A stretch of 64,000 nt of DNA from Anolis carolinensis (lineage: Eukaryota). The stretch covers positions 134,835,574-134,899,573 of the forward strand of contig NC_085841.1 of NCBI RefSeq assembly GCF_035594765.1, in the 5' to 3' direction. This document shows, in pieces, positions 34,634-49,011 of this stretch (position 1 is the first letter of the stretch; each line of letters opens with the position of its first letter). The translations under genes and the position numbers were made by a program. Below the pieces are notes generated by a model. It was not told where the DNA came from. It worked only from the letters and a program-made list of their open reading frames with translations, and did not search any database.

Positions 34634-35425
34634 TCAGATAGAATAATGCAGAACACTCTGAAAACAGGGGAATTCCACACAGGAAACAATCATGGCCAGC
34701 TAACACCTCCCAACAAAGTATTCCCATCACCAAAGTCTGGCAAATCCTCTGTTTTCTCAAGGCCACAGACAGTAGAAGCACATAAAATATCGCAAACAAC
34801 ACCACTCTGAAAACAAGGGAATTCCAGACAGGAAACAATCAGGGCCAGCTAACACCTCCCAACAAAAAATTAACTCAGGGAGGAAACAGACAGGCTTTAA
34901 AGCTGCAAGGCCATTACATCCTAATCATTTTCCCTAATTGCAGCATTCATACTTGCCTCCAACAGACAAAAAAAAACAATCAGAAATATTGTATATTCAC
35001 AACCTTTAGGAAATAATATCCCCTGATGGCGCAGCGTGTTAAAGCGCTGAGCTGCTGAACTTCTGGACCGAAAGGCCGCAGGTTTGAATTGGGGGACCAG
35101 AGTGAGCCCTCACTGTTAGCCCCAGCTTCTGCCAACCCAGAAGTTTGAAAACATGTAAATGTGAGTGCATCAATAGGTACTGCTCCGGTGGGAAGGTAAC
35201 GCTGCTCCATGCAGTCATCCCACATGACCTTGGAGGAGTCTACGGACAATGCCGGCTCTTCGGCTTAGAAATGGAGATGAGCACCAACCCCCAGAGTCAG
35301 ACATGACTGGACTTAATGTCAGGGGAAAACGTTTACCCTTTACCTTAACTACCACCAATTCCTCAATACTTTATTTCCCATACCACCATACTTCGCCACA
35401 GCAACGCATGGCCAGGCACAGCTAG
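34634..35425 (+). mobile_element. Non-autonomous Helitron carrying captured repeat fragments (5' end uncertain)
   Basis: 3' hairpin GCCAcagcaacgcaTGGC (35395-35412), then CTAG|T at 35422-35426; no TSD; (TA)n on both sides. Confidence 0.75.
35020..35346 (+). mobile_element. Sauria SINE embedded in the Helitron
   Basis: Same body and tail as 25718-26050; no TSD evident. Confidence 0.9.
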
Positions 35426-37473
35426 TGTATATATATATATATATATATATTCCAAATCATTTGATTATGATTTCAATTTCATTGACACTCTGACATCAGT
35501 ATATCAAGATGATAGAAATGCTGCTGATTTCTCCAAATACTAACCCTTACAAAGAGAACACAGGCTCCATACAACTGTTCTAAACAAGCTCTGTGATGAT
35601 ATATTGTATAACCTTGTAAATGTTTCAACCAGAGGCAAATCTATATTTTTCAAGCAGTAGCTTCCTTCACTGCACTCACATGAGTGTTTAGTTGTTTATG
35701 ACTATCAGGGACATTTTTCCTACTCTGACAAGGGGACTCTGAATACAACAGCACCTGTGAGACATGTGCCCTGTTTTTCATTACAGCCAAGAGGTAACTT
35801 ACTAGTGCTAAGAAATCAAGGACTCAAAGTTCTGTTCAGAAAGAAGAATTCCCACAGTGCAAAGCAGCTTTTTGGTTTAGAAAAGCTATTGCTCTTCCTT
35901 TGCGGTAAAGGATAGTGAAGATACTGAAAGCCTTTCCCTCAAGCTCTCATAAAGTCTTCTTTCTAAGTTGATTTTAAACCTCTTGCACCAGGAGTGGACA
36001 TTTTATTCCTCCAGAAGACACTGCACACAGAACTAGATACATAATACATGCACTTTGAAACCTTCTCAGCTGCACAGTTGTGAACAAATTCTCAGACTTC
36101 AGCTAATTGCCATCTACATTTTTCAAAAAGCTGAAACCAAAAAAAGAGATCCCAATAAACATGGACACTATGGTTCTTTTAGCCCTTTCGCAAACAATAC
36201 AAAATATTGGAACAAAAATAATGATGCCACTTCTTGGCCAACCATAATATTGTAAAGCCAAAGTGATGTGATCTGGTTGTTACCTGGATTTTTCTTTTCT
36301 ATGGAGACATTAGAATTTTCATTGGAGATGGGAAATACTGCACACTATAAGAAGTATATGTTAAATCCCAACCCTGACTAGCAAAACATTGGAATTATTA
36401 GGAGTATCACTATAAAATGACATACTGAAATATATCAAAACTTATACAATTCAGTGTGGTTTTTTTGTTTTAAAAAATCCTAATGCATAAGATTCAATAG
36501 GATTAGACAGATTTACATAAAACATGTCTGTAATTGCTATATAAATTATATAAGTATAGCGACAGCATATATAGAGACGCAAAATAATGAGCATTGTTTC
36601 CCTATTCAAGCACAGTCATCTGGCTGCCTATTCTAGCATCTTCTTGGCACAGCCAGATCACATTAGCCTCATTGCATCTTACCTTCCATGTTGCCTTCAC
36701 CGTTCCTAATTTTTATGGAGCTTTGTGCATTTGTGCCATACTGGGAATGGCAACAGAGACATGGCAGGAGTGACAATGGACCTTATCAGATGCAGGGAGG
36801 GGCGTGTTTTCTCCCCACCTATCTGCCCGGCCAGAACAGAGTTTCACGAAGCTAGTCACATGACACAGGGCTACTTTAGGGGGGCTCTGTGGGGCTCCAT
36901 TGCTGCTCTTCACTGAAAAAGTGAAGAGAAGCCGAAGAGGAAGCGGGGATAAACAGGGAAACTACATGGAAAGAAAGACCATAGACCCCAATGGGAGGGA
37001 ACAAAGCCTGATGGTCATCTTCACTGCTCCATGATTTCTCTCTTGGTCCTCCGCTTTACCTTGCCCATCTGATAAAGTTCAATGTCTCAGTTCAGGTGCC
37101 CACAATGCCCCAAAGCTGAGAATATTCCAGAGTTTCCATTGAACTCTGGACCATCACCCAACTTTTCCTGAAATGAGGCAAAGCCAGTTTAACCCTGAAT
37201 AACTGACAAATACTCACAGAAGTACTGAAACACTGTGAGGACAGCCAGGAGTCTATTTAGGCTGAGCCCACTTTTTTTGCCAGTGTAGATACGCCCTTAA
37301 ACCCCCAAGTAGAATGACATCAGCATGAGACATGTGAATCAAGGAACTGTGGGATTTGGAAGAGGAGATGACAAAAATAGGAAATGCCACTAATTACCCA
37401 TTTCATTTTGATTCTTTTATCCCCCATGCAAGTTAAGCTCCACTGGGGAGATAGGGCAGAATACAGAATACAG

Positions 37474-37510
37474 TGTTGTTGTTGTTGTTGTTGCTGCTGC
37501 TGTTGTTGTT
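37474..37510 (+). repeat. (TGT)n/(TGC)n microsatellite
   Basis: Visible directly. Confidence 0.9.
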
Positions 37511-40500
37511 TTTGTTGTCGTTTTAAGGTGAGCATTGCAAACTTGAGTCTTATGAGAGGTCAATGATATCAGTGAAGAGCAAGATGCAGCAGGGAAAACA
37601 CAACTCCAGCAAATTGATCCATTCTTTTTCTCAACAATTCATACACTGTAAATAGGGCTGTGTTAAAAATTTTCCATTCTCTTGAATGTTTTCTTCTTTT
37701 GTGAAAGAGGACTCCACATCTCTGTCTTATTCTTTAGAATTTCTATTGCTGGCTTGTTTAGATTGGTTTACTTTAGGTAACTGAGTGTATTTTCCTTTTT
37801 ACTCATATCTTCCCAAGACTCTGCAGACTTCCCAATGCCAGTGGCTCCTGTTCCAGTAAAAAGCAAAGAAAGAGTCAACAAAGACTGCAGAAGCCTGGAA
37901 AGCTAGCTGCAAAGATAGAATGTTATTAAATACATGCCCTGGTATCAGAGCAGCTTGTGATCCAAAAGCAAGGGAGTACACCTCAATTCAAAGTGGTCAT
38001 CCCACCCCCAATTAAACCACAAATCTCTGGTATTTAAAATATTCAATAAAACATTTTTCCGGCTTCGAGTCTCTCCCCCCCCCCAAAAAAAACCTCTTCC
38101 AAATTGAGTGAGACTGAATGACAATCATGGATGAGATACACTAATTTGAAAAATCTGAATCAAGAACTTGCCCTAGATGCAGCAAAAAAACGAAAACAAA
38201 AATCAATTAGCCACAATGACTTTGACAATTATGCAAGCCAGAGCATTTAAGGAAAGGAATCTTAGCTAGATAGAACTAGGCGGATTTAGGGCAGGCTACA
38301 AAGTGTTTGTTATAATAAGTTCAATTAAAGATTGCGTCCTCTTTGAGTTCTTTTACGTAAAACAGAATATAGCAGTGGTTCTGTTTAATGTTTAATGTTT
38401 GTCCCAGTTGAATTATTGAGTAGATACTGTAGACAGAAGCCTTGTCCATTTTTCAATGGCTGAGCAGTAAGTGAGATAGAATAGGTTCTTTCCAAGTGAG
38501 AAAATATTCAAGGTCAAACAACCTTCATTGTGTGCTTATAATCACCATGATGTCACAAAAACCAAAGAATCATTATAAAAATGTTTGTAAAATTAAAATT
38601 TAGTTCCCTGCTCCATCCCAAGCTGTTTTAACATGCACAGCACAAAATATAATGATGTCTTTATCAAGAGAGTTAGCCACTCTCAATTTGAATTTTGTTA
38701 CATGGCTAGTCCCAGAGTGGTGCTTTGATCTGTAGCTTCAGTGAAAATTGTGTCATGGAAGCTAAGCAATTATTTCTTCATAGGTGTGTCAAGTTGTAGA
38801 AATGTAAAGGTCTTGCAGAATCTATGAATAGGAAAATCCTAATCTTCTGAAAAAATGTAGTTCACTTACACTAAATCACCACCCCACAACGTTTACTGGA
38901 TCAGTCACCAGGCTAGTCACTGTGACAGAAGAAGTGAAAGAAGTCGAATTTTGTCAAACTTTCCTGCCTGTTTGCTAGGCACCTGGAAGAAATTCTTGTC
39001 TGCTAAAGTACTCATTATAAGAATGAACTATCATCTATCACTCATCTATCTAATTCACACATGTTAAATGCAAGGCCCATGCACTGAATCTGCCCCGCCA
39101 TGTCATTTTATATGGCCCAAGAACCTTTCAATTCCAAGGTAACATAGTTAGATTAATGTGATCTTACAATTACAAAGAGCCCCTTGAAAGCAACCATAAA
39201 GCACATGTGGTCTGTGGTGAAAATGAGCTTGATGCCCCTGGTCAAATTGATTTGTATACTGCCTTTCTCCTGGAGTGCAACCCAAGGTGGCTCACAAAAA
39301 AGAATCACCTGAAATCAGAACAACACCATTGTAAACTCAGAAAAAATTACATTAAAACCATATATTATAGACAATATAAAATTATGAAAATGTATACACA
39401 TACTCACTCTTGATATAATGGGAGAGTAAAGACAGGAAAATGGGACTTCATTTCATCTCTCTAATCTACTGTTAAGAAAAATGAGAGAGAGAAAAGGGGC
39501 AGAAGGAGAATCTCCTCCAGTAATGTGTTTTTTTACAGATATTATGGTGGGTTCCTTCTCCTCTTCCTTTTCTTTCTCTCGCCCTCTCTCCAGGATTAAA
39601 AAAATTTAATACACAGGAATCCAGATTTTTATTTTTAAAATCCTTATGTATTGGATTTTAATAAGCTTTATTTCAATACTACTTCATTTTTAATTCTCCA
39701 TTCCTGCATGCCATGAAGATTATAGTTGCCATTTTGTTTTGCTCGGGGAAAAGGGCACTTTTGACAAGCATCACTTCTGATTTGAGTCAGTCCATGCTAA
39801 GATTCATGTAAGCATCAGTGTCATGAAAGAGATCCAATTCCATTTTCCTCAAGTAATCCACTGGCTGAATGCTACACTCAATTTATGATGCTTGCCATTT
39901 CCACTCTAGTTAAGGAGCCAGTGTCATCTATTAGATCAAAATTCTCTGTGTCCCATCAGAGGACATTTAAAAGTCAGTCAATTGAAGTGACAAGAGCTGT
40001 ATTCTCAGCCTTCCCATTTTTCTTGAAGTCTGCTACTTATTTGTATTGTGCTTTCATAATATCTTTCAAGGACTATATTTTGGAGAGCAAATATGTCAAA
40101 AAGATTGTGAAGACGGCAGTATCAAGTATAATTACGGAAATGTTTGGCTGCTCCTCTAAAGGATTGCTCTTACAGCTCAGATGTTCATCTTTTTTGAAAA
40201 GTTTAATAAACTGAAATTTGAGGACTCTGAATACCTAAATCAAACTGAAGGGTTTTCTCTTTTCTCTGATTAGTTTGCAAAATTCCACAGCTGCAAGATT
40301 GTGTATAACTCTGAGCAAAAGAATTCATCAAACTCTGAACACAACAGACCTTTCTGTAGGACAAAAATCCCACTTAATTAAAAGTGCTCTTTTGTTTATT
40401 AGGCATAACTTTATTCTGAAAGTCATAAGGCAACATTATTAAATTTAGCAAAATATGCAGTTTATGTAGTTTGTATCTTCCTAACCTTGTGAAAATGCAA

Positions 40501-42069
40501 AAAAAAAAATACCAAGAACTGCTGGCGCAGCTCTTTGGTAAAGCTGTATTGCGTCAATAGCATTTTCCTATAACAGTCAATGACGAGATTGAGATTCAGT
40601 AAATGTAAGAATGAATAATTGCACTAGGTTTCACATTGCTCTGTGAGAAAAAATAAATTTCTACAAAATATTTATTAATATTTATTAATTACGCCATTCC
40701 CATATTTACACTCCTGCGAGTTTATTTTGTGCAAAAAAAACTTTCCAAAATTGTACTTCTTTGTGTAAAAATGTATTTCTGGAAAGTGTTTTTTGTGCTA
40801 AAGCTCCCCCCCCCAAAAAAAGGAATATTTCCAGAAATTTGTTGGATTATTTATGCAAAATCATATTTTTGCAGCCAAATTTGTGTTTTTGTTCACAATG
40901 TGCACAAAAATGTAGATTTTTGCACCAAAAATCTCCCATATATTTCTGCGTGAAATAATCCCCTGAAAAAAATTAGAATGTGTGAATACTGGATGAAAAC
41001 TGTGAAAATATTTATTCTCTATATCCTCTTTGTTATTCCCCCCAATTTGGTTTAGTGATAAACCCATTTTCATCCAGGAAATGAATAATACCAATCTGAA
41101 GCTATTTCACTTACAAAATACAATAGCTTCAGAATTTATAAGTTAGTTTTTTGAATTTACAATTCCTAGAATCTCCCAATGTGAAGAAATAGAAAACTAA
41201 TAGCTTTGGAAGACCAAGAGGGAAGGGAAAGACGGAGAGAATCACGTCCCTAGTATAATTTTGCTACCATTATGCTGGCACAAAAGCAGAAGGGACCCAT
41301 CATATTAAGGCAACTGATTGAAACATTGTGGGATTGGGAGCGCTTGATGGGTTTTATTTGTCAATAGCTAGTGATGGGATAATAACAGGGAGAAGACAGA
41401 CTGGTAGCAATGCCAGTTTGCCTGCCTTGTGGGATAAGGTCCTCAGATACAAATAATAAAATTATATCAGTAATTATTCATTAGTAATACCAACTCTTTC
41501 CTTGTCATCATTTTGAGGACATCGTTTAGATTTTTTGCTTGATAGAAGCTACTGAGTTTAGGGTACGTGTCAAATATGTCTCCTTGCTTCACCTTGATAT
41601 CTTCCACAAATTGTATTGGTTAGTTCTGTAATCCGTGATACATAAATGCTGTACAGAGGGTTCTATTTCACCACACTGTAGGATGAGCAAAAGAGTTGAG
41701 AATGAATGTCCGTTGTACCTTCGAGTATTTTTAATTTGAATTTATGATACAAGAAATATCCAAATTTTGGCTTTCACAGGTTACTGAGCAACATTACATA
41801 AATAAATGTATGAACCAAATTTAAGCACTGGAATCATGTCAGAAAACTGCCTGTAATTTTACTATTTCAATTTTCACTGGCTGTTTAAAATCCTGCCTTT
41901 TAAGTAATTAGTTGGGGAAATGTAATTGAAGGATTCTGAACAACTATATATGTTTCAGGAAAGTACTGAGGAGTAAAAGTAGAGTAGTAAATATCTGAGG
42001 TGATATGGCTTGAATCAAGCCATACGCGAAAGATGTCAGTGGACAAATCTAACTACATATGCATTTTAA

Positions 42070-42263
42070 AATTTTATAATTCATGTTTTAATAGAGTTTA
42101 ATAGAGTTTTTAATTGATGTGGTATTGTTGTAATGTTTATTGATTTTGTTATTGTTTTATTGAATGTGTTCTGGGCAATGTAAGTTGCCGACTGTTGTAA
42201 GCTGCCCTGAGTCCCTACAGATGAGAAGGGCGGGGTAAAAGTGATGTAAATAAATAAATAAAT
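42070..42263 (+). mobile_element. L2 LINE 3' end
   Basis: gtaagctgccctgagtccc...gagaagggcggggtaaaa...(TAAA)n tail. Confidence 0.7.
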
Positions 42264-43825
42264 ACTCTTTTCTTACACTCTCACGATAATCCTAATTTTT
42301 AACACAGTGTGGGGGAGAAGGGGGAAATCATGTTGGTGGAGGCACTGTGAAGCTAAAAAAGGTGGAGAGTGTTGTCATACAGCCAGTGTGGGGAAAGTGG
42401 TGTAAACTGCATTGTGTGGTGTAGATGCAGCCAGGGAATAAATGTTCCCTTATTCTGACTCACCATGGATGGATTGGGGCAGAGAAATACCATGACATGG
42501 GGAAGGAGGAAGAGGGAGTTCACTGCCAGACAGGGGAAATTTAAAAGGAAAAGGAAGGTCAAGAGAAAGAAAGATGCGGTTTGAGATTTAGTTTTAAATT
42601 TATTTCATGAATGAAGAAAAAAAGAATTTAAAATGAAGAAGAAATAGTAGAGGGTCCCACACAATGCCAAAGTGATTTTGTTTTTGCAGAACAAATAACT
42701 TAATATTAATTAGGCTGGACCCTGCAATATCATGTTTACAATTAAGCAAATCAAAATAATTGTTTCAAGAGTGCCACAACTGTGGTTAATGCCATCGTCT
42801 GTATGATATTGAGTCCACCCAAGTAGTCCCTAGAAGTTAGGAAGTGAAAATACTACAGCAGATAGCAAACAAAGCATATCATAAGTAGAAAATTCTCAAT
42901 CGGTTAGTTAAAAATTGGAATAACTTGGAATGAAAATTGGAATGAATAAAAAATGTGTGTTGTTAAAGAACAAAACCCAGATCTATATTCAAGAGAAAAC
43001 TGGATTATAAAGACTTTTGAAATGACAGACATTGACAAATTATTTAGTATGATAAAGGGAAACTCTGTGGTGAACTTCTTAAAAGGCCGCAAACCGTTCT
43101 TGTTTTTATTTAAAAAATAAAAATATTGAAATGCTTTTGTGTCTTGCAATGAAATATAAGAATAATGTAGTTAAGAAGTAAAAATGAAGAGTAGTAAAAA
43201 TCATATAACAACAGGAAGATGACTAGCTGATTCTAGAGAAATGTCTTGGGAGATGTTAAGTGGGACATCAGGTTTCAACTTTTTTCTTTTAAATGAGGAA
43301 AAGGTGTGTTCATTTTTTCTTCATTTCTAAATAAGAAATACAGTGTAGGTGGCATAGGTTGTCTAAATAGTGCAAGTCTAATTTCTGTATAAAGTGTACT
43401 GTTTTACTTATATTATCTATTCTATAACAATCTAGCTAGCTTGTTATGTAATACAGAACAAAACCCAAGCTTATAAAGAGTCTGAGTTTGCTAAAAAGAG
43501 AAATCAGTTTACTGCACTTATATGAAAAATGAGCACTCAATGAACCATGCTGGGTTAGACCAAAGTTCATTTTCCTGGTCTACTGTTCAGTGCTTATGGG
43601 AATTTTACAAAGAGGATATGAGTGAAATGCCACATACACCACTTGTCTTCAACAACAGCTGGTATAGAGCAGGGTACTACCCTGAGACTGGGTGATAAAT
43701 ATATATAGTTGTCATGACATGTAGCCAATGAAGTGTATATACTCCTTTTTTCAGAATTGTGTTTTTGACGCTGTTGTATTTGTCTTAATCTGAGTGATAT
43801 GACTGTTCTCTTTTTTTGTTAACAG

Positions 43826-44898
43826 ATCAGCTGTACTCATGGTCTCCTACTCAGCAGCACTTCGATGAAGAAGGCTACTCTCCTGTTTCAAGGAACATGA
43901 AAGGATTATCTGGCAGTCGCAATCAATCACAGCTATGTTCTGCTCATACTTGTGGTTTAGCATCCCCTGAAGATTGTGAACACACCCACGATCATATTCA
44001 TCATGGCCAGGAGTCAAGGCAATCATATCTTCTCAGTCCAACGGAGAGCTGCCCGATGGACCACCATCGCTGCTCGCCGCGAAGCTCCATCCATTCAGAA
44101 TGCATGATGATGCCCATGGTTATGGGCGATCATATGTCCAGTAGCACCTTCCCCAGAATGCACTACACCTCTCATTACGATACTCGGGACGATTGCACCA
44201 TGTCTCATGCTAACCCTAAGGTCAACCGGATTCCTGCAAACCTGTTGGATCAGTTTGAGAAACAGCTTCCTCTCCACAGAGATGGTTTTCATACTTTACA
44301 GTACCAGAGGACTTCAACAGCTGCTGAGCAACGCAGTGAAAGCCCAGGAAGAATACGTCACCTTGTTCATTCAGTCCAAAAACTTTTCACAAAATCTCAT
44401 TCTTTGGAAGGCTCTTCCAAGAGCAATGTCAACGGGACAAAGGGAGATGGCCGAGGGGATGACCATCATCATGGACATCATTCTAAACATGGCAAAAGAA
44501 GTAAAAGCAAAGAGCGGAAACCTGAGACGAAGCATAAAACCGGAATGAGCAGTTGGTGGAGCTCGGATGATAATTTGGACAGCGATAGCACCTACCGAAC
44601 ACCAAGTGTTGTCAACAGGCATCACGTGGATCATATTTCTCATTGCTACCCTGAAGCTCTTCAGGGACACTTTGGGGACCTCTCATTAAAGACTTCAAAG
44701 AGTAACAATGATGTGAAATGTTCAGCTTGTGAAGGGCTTGCCATGGCCCCTGATGGCAAATATATGAAAAGGAGCTCTTGGTCTACGCTTACAGTAAGCC
44801 AGGCTAAAGAAGCTTATCGCAAGTCATCCCTTAACCTAGATAAGCCTCTAGTTCATCAGGAAATCAAACCTTCCCTGAGGCCATGCCATTACCTTCAG
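43826..44898 (+). CDS. DLGAP2: DLGAP2 (SAPAP2) large coding exon, 1073 nt; internal ATG at 43897 (MKGLSGSR)
   Basis: ORF 43816-44919 contains STFPRMHY, NRIPANLLDQFEKQLP, SESPGRIRHLVHSVQKLFTKSHSLE, WWSSDDNLDSD and RPCHYLQ. Acceptor ttttttgttaacAG, donor CAG|GTAACA. DLGAP2 is preferred over paralogues on CGLASPEDCEH and CSPRSSIHSEC. Confidence 0.97.
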
Positions 44899-47207
44899 GT
44901 AACAGCTCAATGTAGTTAATAATGTTATGAATACTAACTGTTCTAAAAATTTGCTGGAGGGCTTTCTCTGTGCACTCATTACCAATTTTTTGAACAACTC
45001 TTAGTTTTGGACTATTCATCTATACCTGGAAATAAAACATAAGAGGAAAAGAGGGAACTGTACTTATTAATAAGCGGTTCCATAACAGACATTTACTAAA
45101 ATTATAAAGGGTAACCAAGTTGGTCATATAAATTAGGATTACAATAAATCAACTTCACAGAAGTTCAAAGAAAGATTTGCTGTCAGATTTCTTTGAGGTT
45201 AACTTCTGACATCTTCAGCTACTACTTTTCTTAATCTTTTGAACCATCTACAACTCTTACCCAGCACCAGCATAGATCAACCAAAGGGGAGCCCCCCACT
45301 GCTGACCAAAGGAGTGAATACTGTAGAGCACTGTATTCTGTCTAAGTAGAAGATGAATGCTTTGTGGAATAGATCCTCCATTATTTATTACTTCAAAGGA
45401 ATGTGTTGTGTTTGAAGAAGGTATTCAATCAGAAAGGGCAAAAACAAAATGTTGGCCATGGCTTCCAACTGATTCGGGGGTGGGCACCTTCCGCTAGAAG
45501 AGGCCTACTTTTCAGGGCAGTTCCAGAACTGCATCCACTAGGGAAGAGGTGGGTTTTTGTAGGTTGTTGAATTCTCTGGCTGAAGCTCCTAATACCGTTC
45601 CCTAAAATGTTAATCCCAGGATTACACAGGAAGTTGCCATAACAGTTAATTGTGTAGTGTGAAAGGGCCCTGGGGCAACTCAATTTTCTTTCTGGTCATT
45701 GGTTAAATTTGTAGGTCTGCTGGAACATTTTTGTCTATGTTAAGTATATGTTTCAGCCTCACTGCATTAAATTAATTATGCAACTCCTTTAATGATTAAT
45801 TAATCTGTCACAAGCTTTGGGTAACTGTCCTGTTTTAGCAGGGGGGGGGGGAATTTAACTGAGGAGAGGGCAGAGATTTCAAATCATCCCTGAGGATTGC
45901 TTCAGTATTTTCTTCTATTAAAAAGTTTTGCTTGGGAAATAGTGAGTAGCAATACCCTTTGCTATACCTGCTTTAAAGAAGCTATTTTGAGCTGCTAATT
46001 GCATTTAGTGTATTTTTAAAAAATTAGACCTGTTGATTTCCCACTCCATATGGAGTCTCATCTTAAAGAATGGCCGGACATGGGTATGGGCTGTTAGTGC
46101 TCCTCGTGTTTCAAGATTCATCACTTGAGTGCCATCATCTATCACTGTGTTCAAACTACATACATTAACCGCTCTGCCTGAGCCATTGGGTCAATATTTG
46201 GCAATAACGTTTTCCCAAGCTAGAGGGAAAATGTGTAAGCATTGACTAAAAAAATACGATGGTATATAAGGTTGCTCAGTGAATGAGGTCCCAAAATCCC
46301 AAGGTAGTAGGCATAGGCACAGCTTTGCTGATCAGATTACTCTTGTGAAATATTTGGTAGCAGATCCTGGCTGAGAATGATTCATTGAATTAAGATCATA
46401 CATTTCAAGTTAAAGTAGATTTATAAAGAAAAACCAAAGTCATTTCATTAGTAAAATGGAATGCAGTTAATTCACTATATTCAATACTCCTAATGGAACC
46501 ATGCCAACTTTACATTTAGAAAGTGACTGCTAAATTGTTAAACCTCCTCTGTAAAATATATCCAAGGTGTTGACCACTATTCTTATAATATGTCTAAGGA
46601 GATAATGGGAAAATATCAATCTAGAAAATAAAAAGTTGGGTAATCAGCCACCCAACAGCCAATGCTCATCTTTATAAACCAGCATATATATCTGTGTGCC
46701 TGTGTATATACACACACATGTCTAAACCATACAATATGACAAAATATAAAACAACATATCATAACACAATTTAACAATACAATAAATAATAACATACATT
46801 ACAATCCAAAATTCAGAAAAAGCAATAAAAACCAGGGCAGGCCACATGAACACTAAATTAAAACTTGGTGAGAGAGACATATGAATAAAACCACGGGGAG
46901 CAGGGACATAAAATAGTGGAACAGTCTAGAGGATAGATATCCCAAGGGAAAAGCAAGCGGGAGCTGATCTTGGTTCCTCCTCCCCTATTCATCATCATCA
47001 TTGAATTTTTTTGATTTTCCTTTATTTTCCTGGTTCTTTTTATTTAGCAGGACTGGTTGGGAATTGGGGACTTGAGGGACGGTGGGTGGGTGCGTGGGTG
47101 TGTTTAGGGACTTGGAGAGTCATTCTTTTAGCTTCTTTTTCTCCTTCTCCTTCCCTTCCTCCCCTTCAGAAAATACTTCTAATAGATAATAATTATTATT
47201 AATAATA

Positions 47208-47985
47208 CAAAGGTTGAATGAAAAGTAATGCCTCCACCTTCGTAACTCCTCAACAGATGGCAGTACTGGTATGCGGCAGGTAATGGCTTGTTCAGTAGAC
47301 TCTCCTCTATAGTTCCATTTGATGGGAAGCCTTAGCATTGAACAGTTGTGTTGTTAAAGTGCAAAGTATGGAACCCTGGGCAGACGGTCAGTCATTGAGA
47401 CTTAAGCAATGTGCAGTCTTTGAATTCTTTACAGCAGAAGGTGTCACCCCAAAGGAGATTCATCAGAGAATGCAAGCTGTTTATGGTGATTGTGTTGATG
47501 TGAGTACTGTGCGTCGTTGGGCAAATAAATTTAAAGATGTTGAGGTGGGAACATCTGACTTGTGTGACAAACAAAGAATTGGATGTCCTGTGACAGCAAC
47601 TACCGAGTTTCACAAGCAAATGGTTGACAGATTGATTCAGGATGATCGTCGTATCACTCAGAGAGAAATTTCAAATATAATCGGCATTTCACAAGAATGT
47701 ATGGGTCACATTATTGCTTTGCTTGGCTAGCGGAAGATCTGTGCACGATGGGTACTGTAAGACGCTGGTTGTGGAAACAGAGTGTCGACTTCGTCTGTGA
47801 CGGCTTCAGAAAACTTGTTCATTGTTGGCAGAAATTTATCTAATTGTCTGGTGATTATGTGGAAAAGTGAATAGTGGTAGTTAAAGAGCACATTCTAAGG
47901 ATTATTTCTGCGTTTGATTTATTAAAATATTCCCATCCAAACTGAAGTAATGAAGGTGAAGGCATTACTTTTCGTTCTACCATCA
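47208..47985 (+). mobile_element. Internally deleted mariner element
   Basis: ~30-bp TIRs (aaaagtaatgcctccaccttc / gaaggtgaaggcattactttt), TA flanks. ORF relic has the N-terminal HTH (KQCAVFEFFTAEGVTPKEIHQRMQAVYG) joined to the C-terminal GDYVEK*; DD34D core absent. Confidence 0.9.
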
Positions 47986-48476
47986 TAGTAATCCCAGCAA
48001 ACAAAAGGAGAAGCCTACTTCTCCTCTAGAGCAGAAAGTAGAAACAGCTTTAAGGAAGCAAAACCCCAAGCAGAAAGGAGATTGCAGACTTGCAGGCAAG
48101 AGAGGGGATGTTTAAGGTAGTCCAGGGAGGGTAGTTCCACTGAGCTCCAGGTCATCACTCTTCTTTCCCTGGGCCTTCTTTAAATGCCTTGGAAAGCTGT
48201 GTATGGTGTGGTGCTGGTGCTGGTGCTGGGAGAGAAAGCACATGTGCCTGCTTCTCCTCTAGAGTAGAAGAGATTTAAGAAGCATTAAACCCAGTCTCCT
48301 CTCCTCCTCTACAAACAGAAGGGAAAGGATCCAGAAACTTAAGAGTGACAACTCTGATGCTTTTTTAAATCCAGGTCTTCCAAATTGTCCTTCCAGCATG
48401 GAGGATCATGGGGAAGGTGGGGAAGTTACCACTTGGGGGTATGTGTGTCTGTGTATAATCTGCCTGTTTCCCTGCC

Positions 48477-48482
48477 TATCTA

Positions 48483-48526
<44 letters not shown>

Positions 48527-48534
48527 ATCTATCT
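48477..48534 (+). repeat. (TATC)n microsatellite
   Basis: Visible directly. Confidence 0.95.
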
Positions 48535-48625
48535 GATGTCTTTGAATGTTTGTACTGAGACGGGTTTTAGGGACCGGTTTGGGAGAATCTTTGGGAGGTC
48601 ACTTTTTCCCATCCAGAGTTTAGGG

Positions 48626-49011
48626 CAAGGATCTCCAAACTAAGGACCACAAGCTGGACATTGCCCTTCAAGGTCATTTACCGGGCTTTAGACTTAGGGT
48701 AAGCTTAAGAGTTGGGGTTACTCTAAGTCTGAAATAACTTGAAGATGCACAACTATTTTAATTAACTTGACTATCTCATGAGCCAAAAACAGGCCCACAC
48801 TTCCCATTGAAATACTGGTAAGTTTATGTTGGTTAAAATGTTCTTCATTTTAAATATTGTATTGTTCTTTCATGGGTTTTTGCACAACAAATAAGATATG
48901 TGGAACGTGCATAGGAATTCATTCACTTTTTTCCAGACTTATAGTTTTTCCTCCCCAATAGTCTGAGGACCCGTGAACCGGCCCTCTGCCTAAAAAGTTT
49001 AAGGACCCCTG
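48626..49011 (+). mobile_element. Older copy of the hAT family at 17327
   Basis: Shares ccaaactaagg start, attaacttgactatctcat...ggcccacacttcccattgaaat body and agtttaaggacccctg end. Confidence 0.85.

Noticed and set aside
43816-43825. ORF-track start MLT for DLGAP2 (also the VTAQCS end at 44899-44919 and the M at 56256)
   Set aside because: Intronic read-through or a GTG valine codon; splice sites define the real boundaries.
26110-47985. The two mariner relics as complementary halves of one functional transposase
   Set aside because: Both contain stops, are 20 kb apart, and differ in age and sequence.
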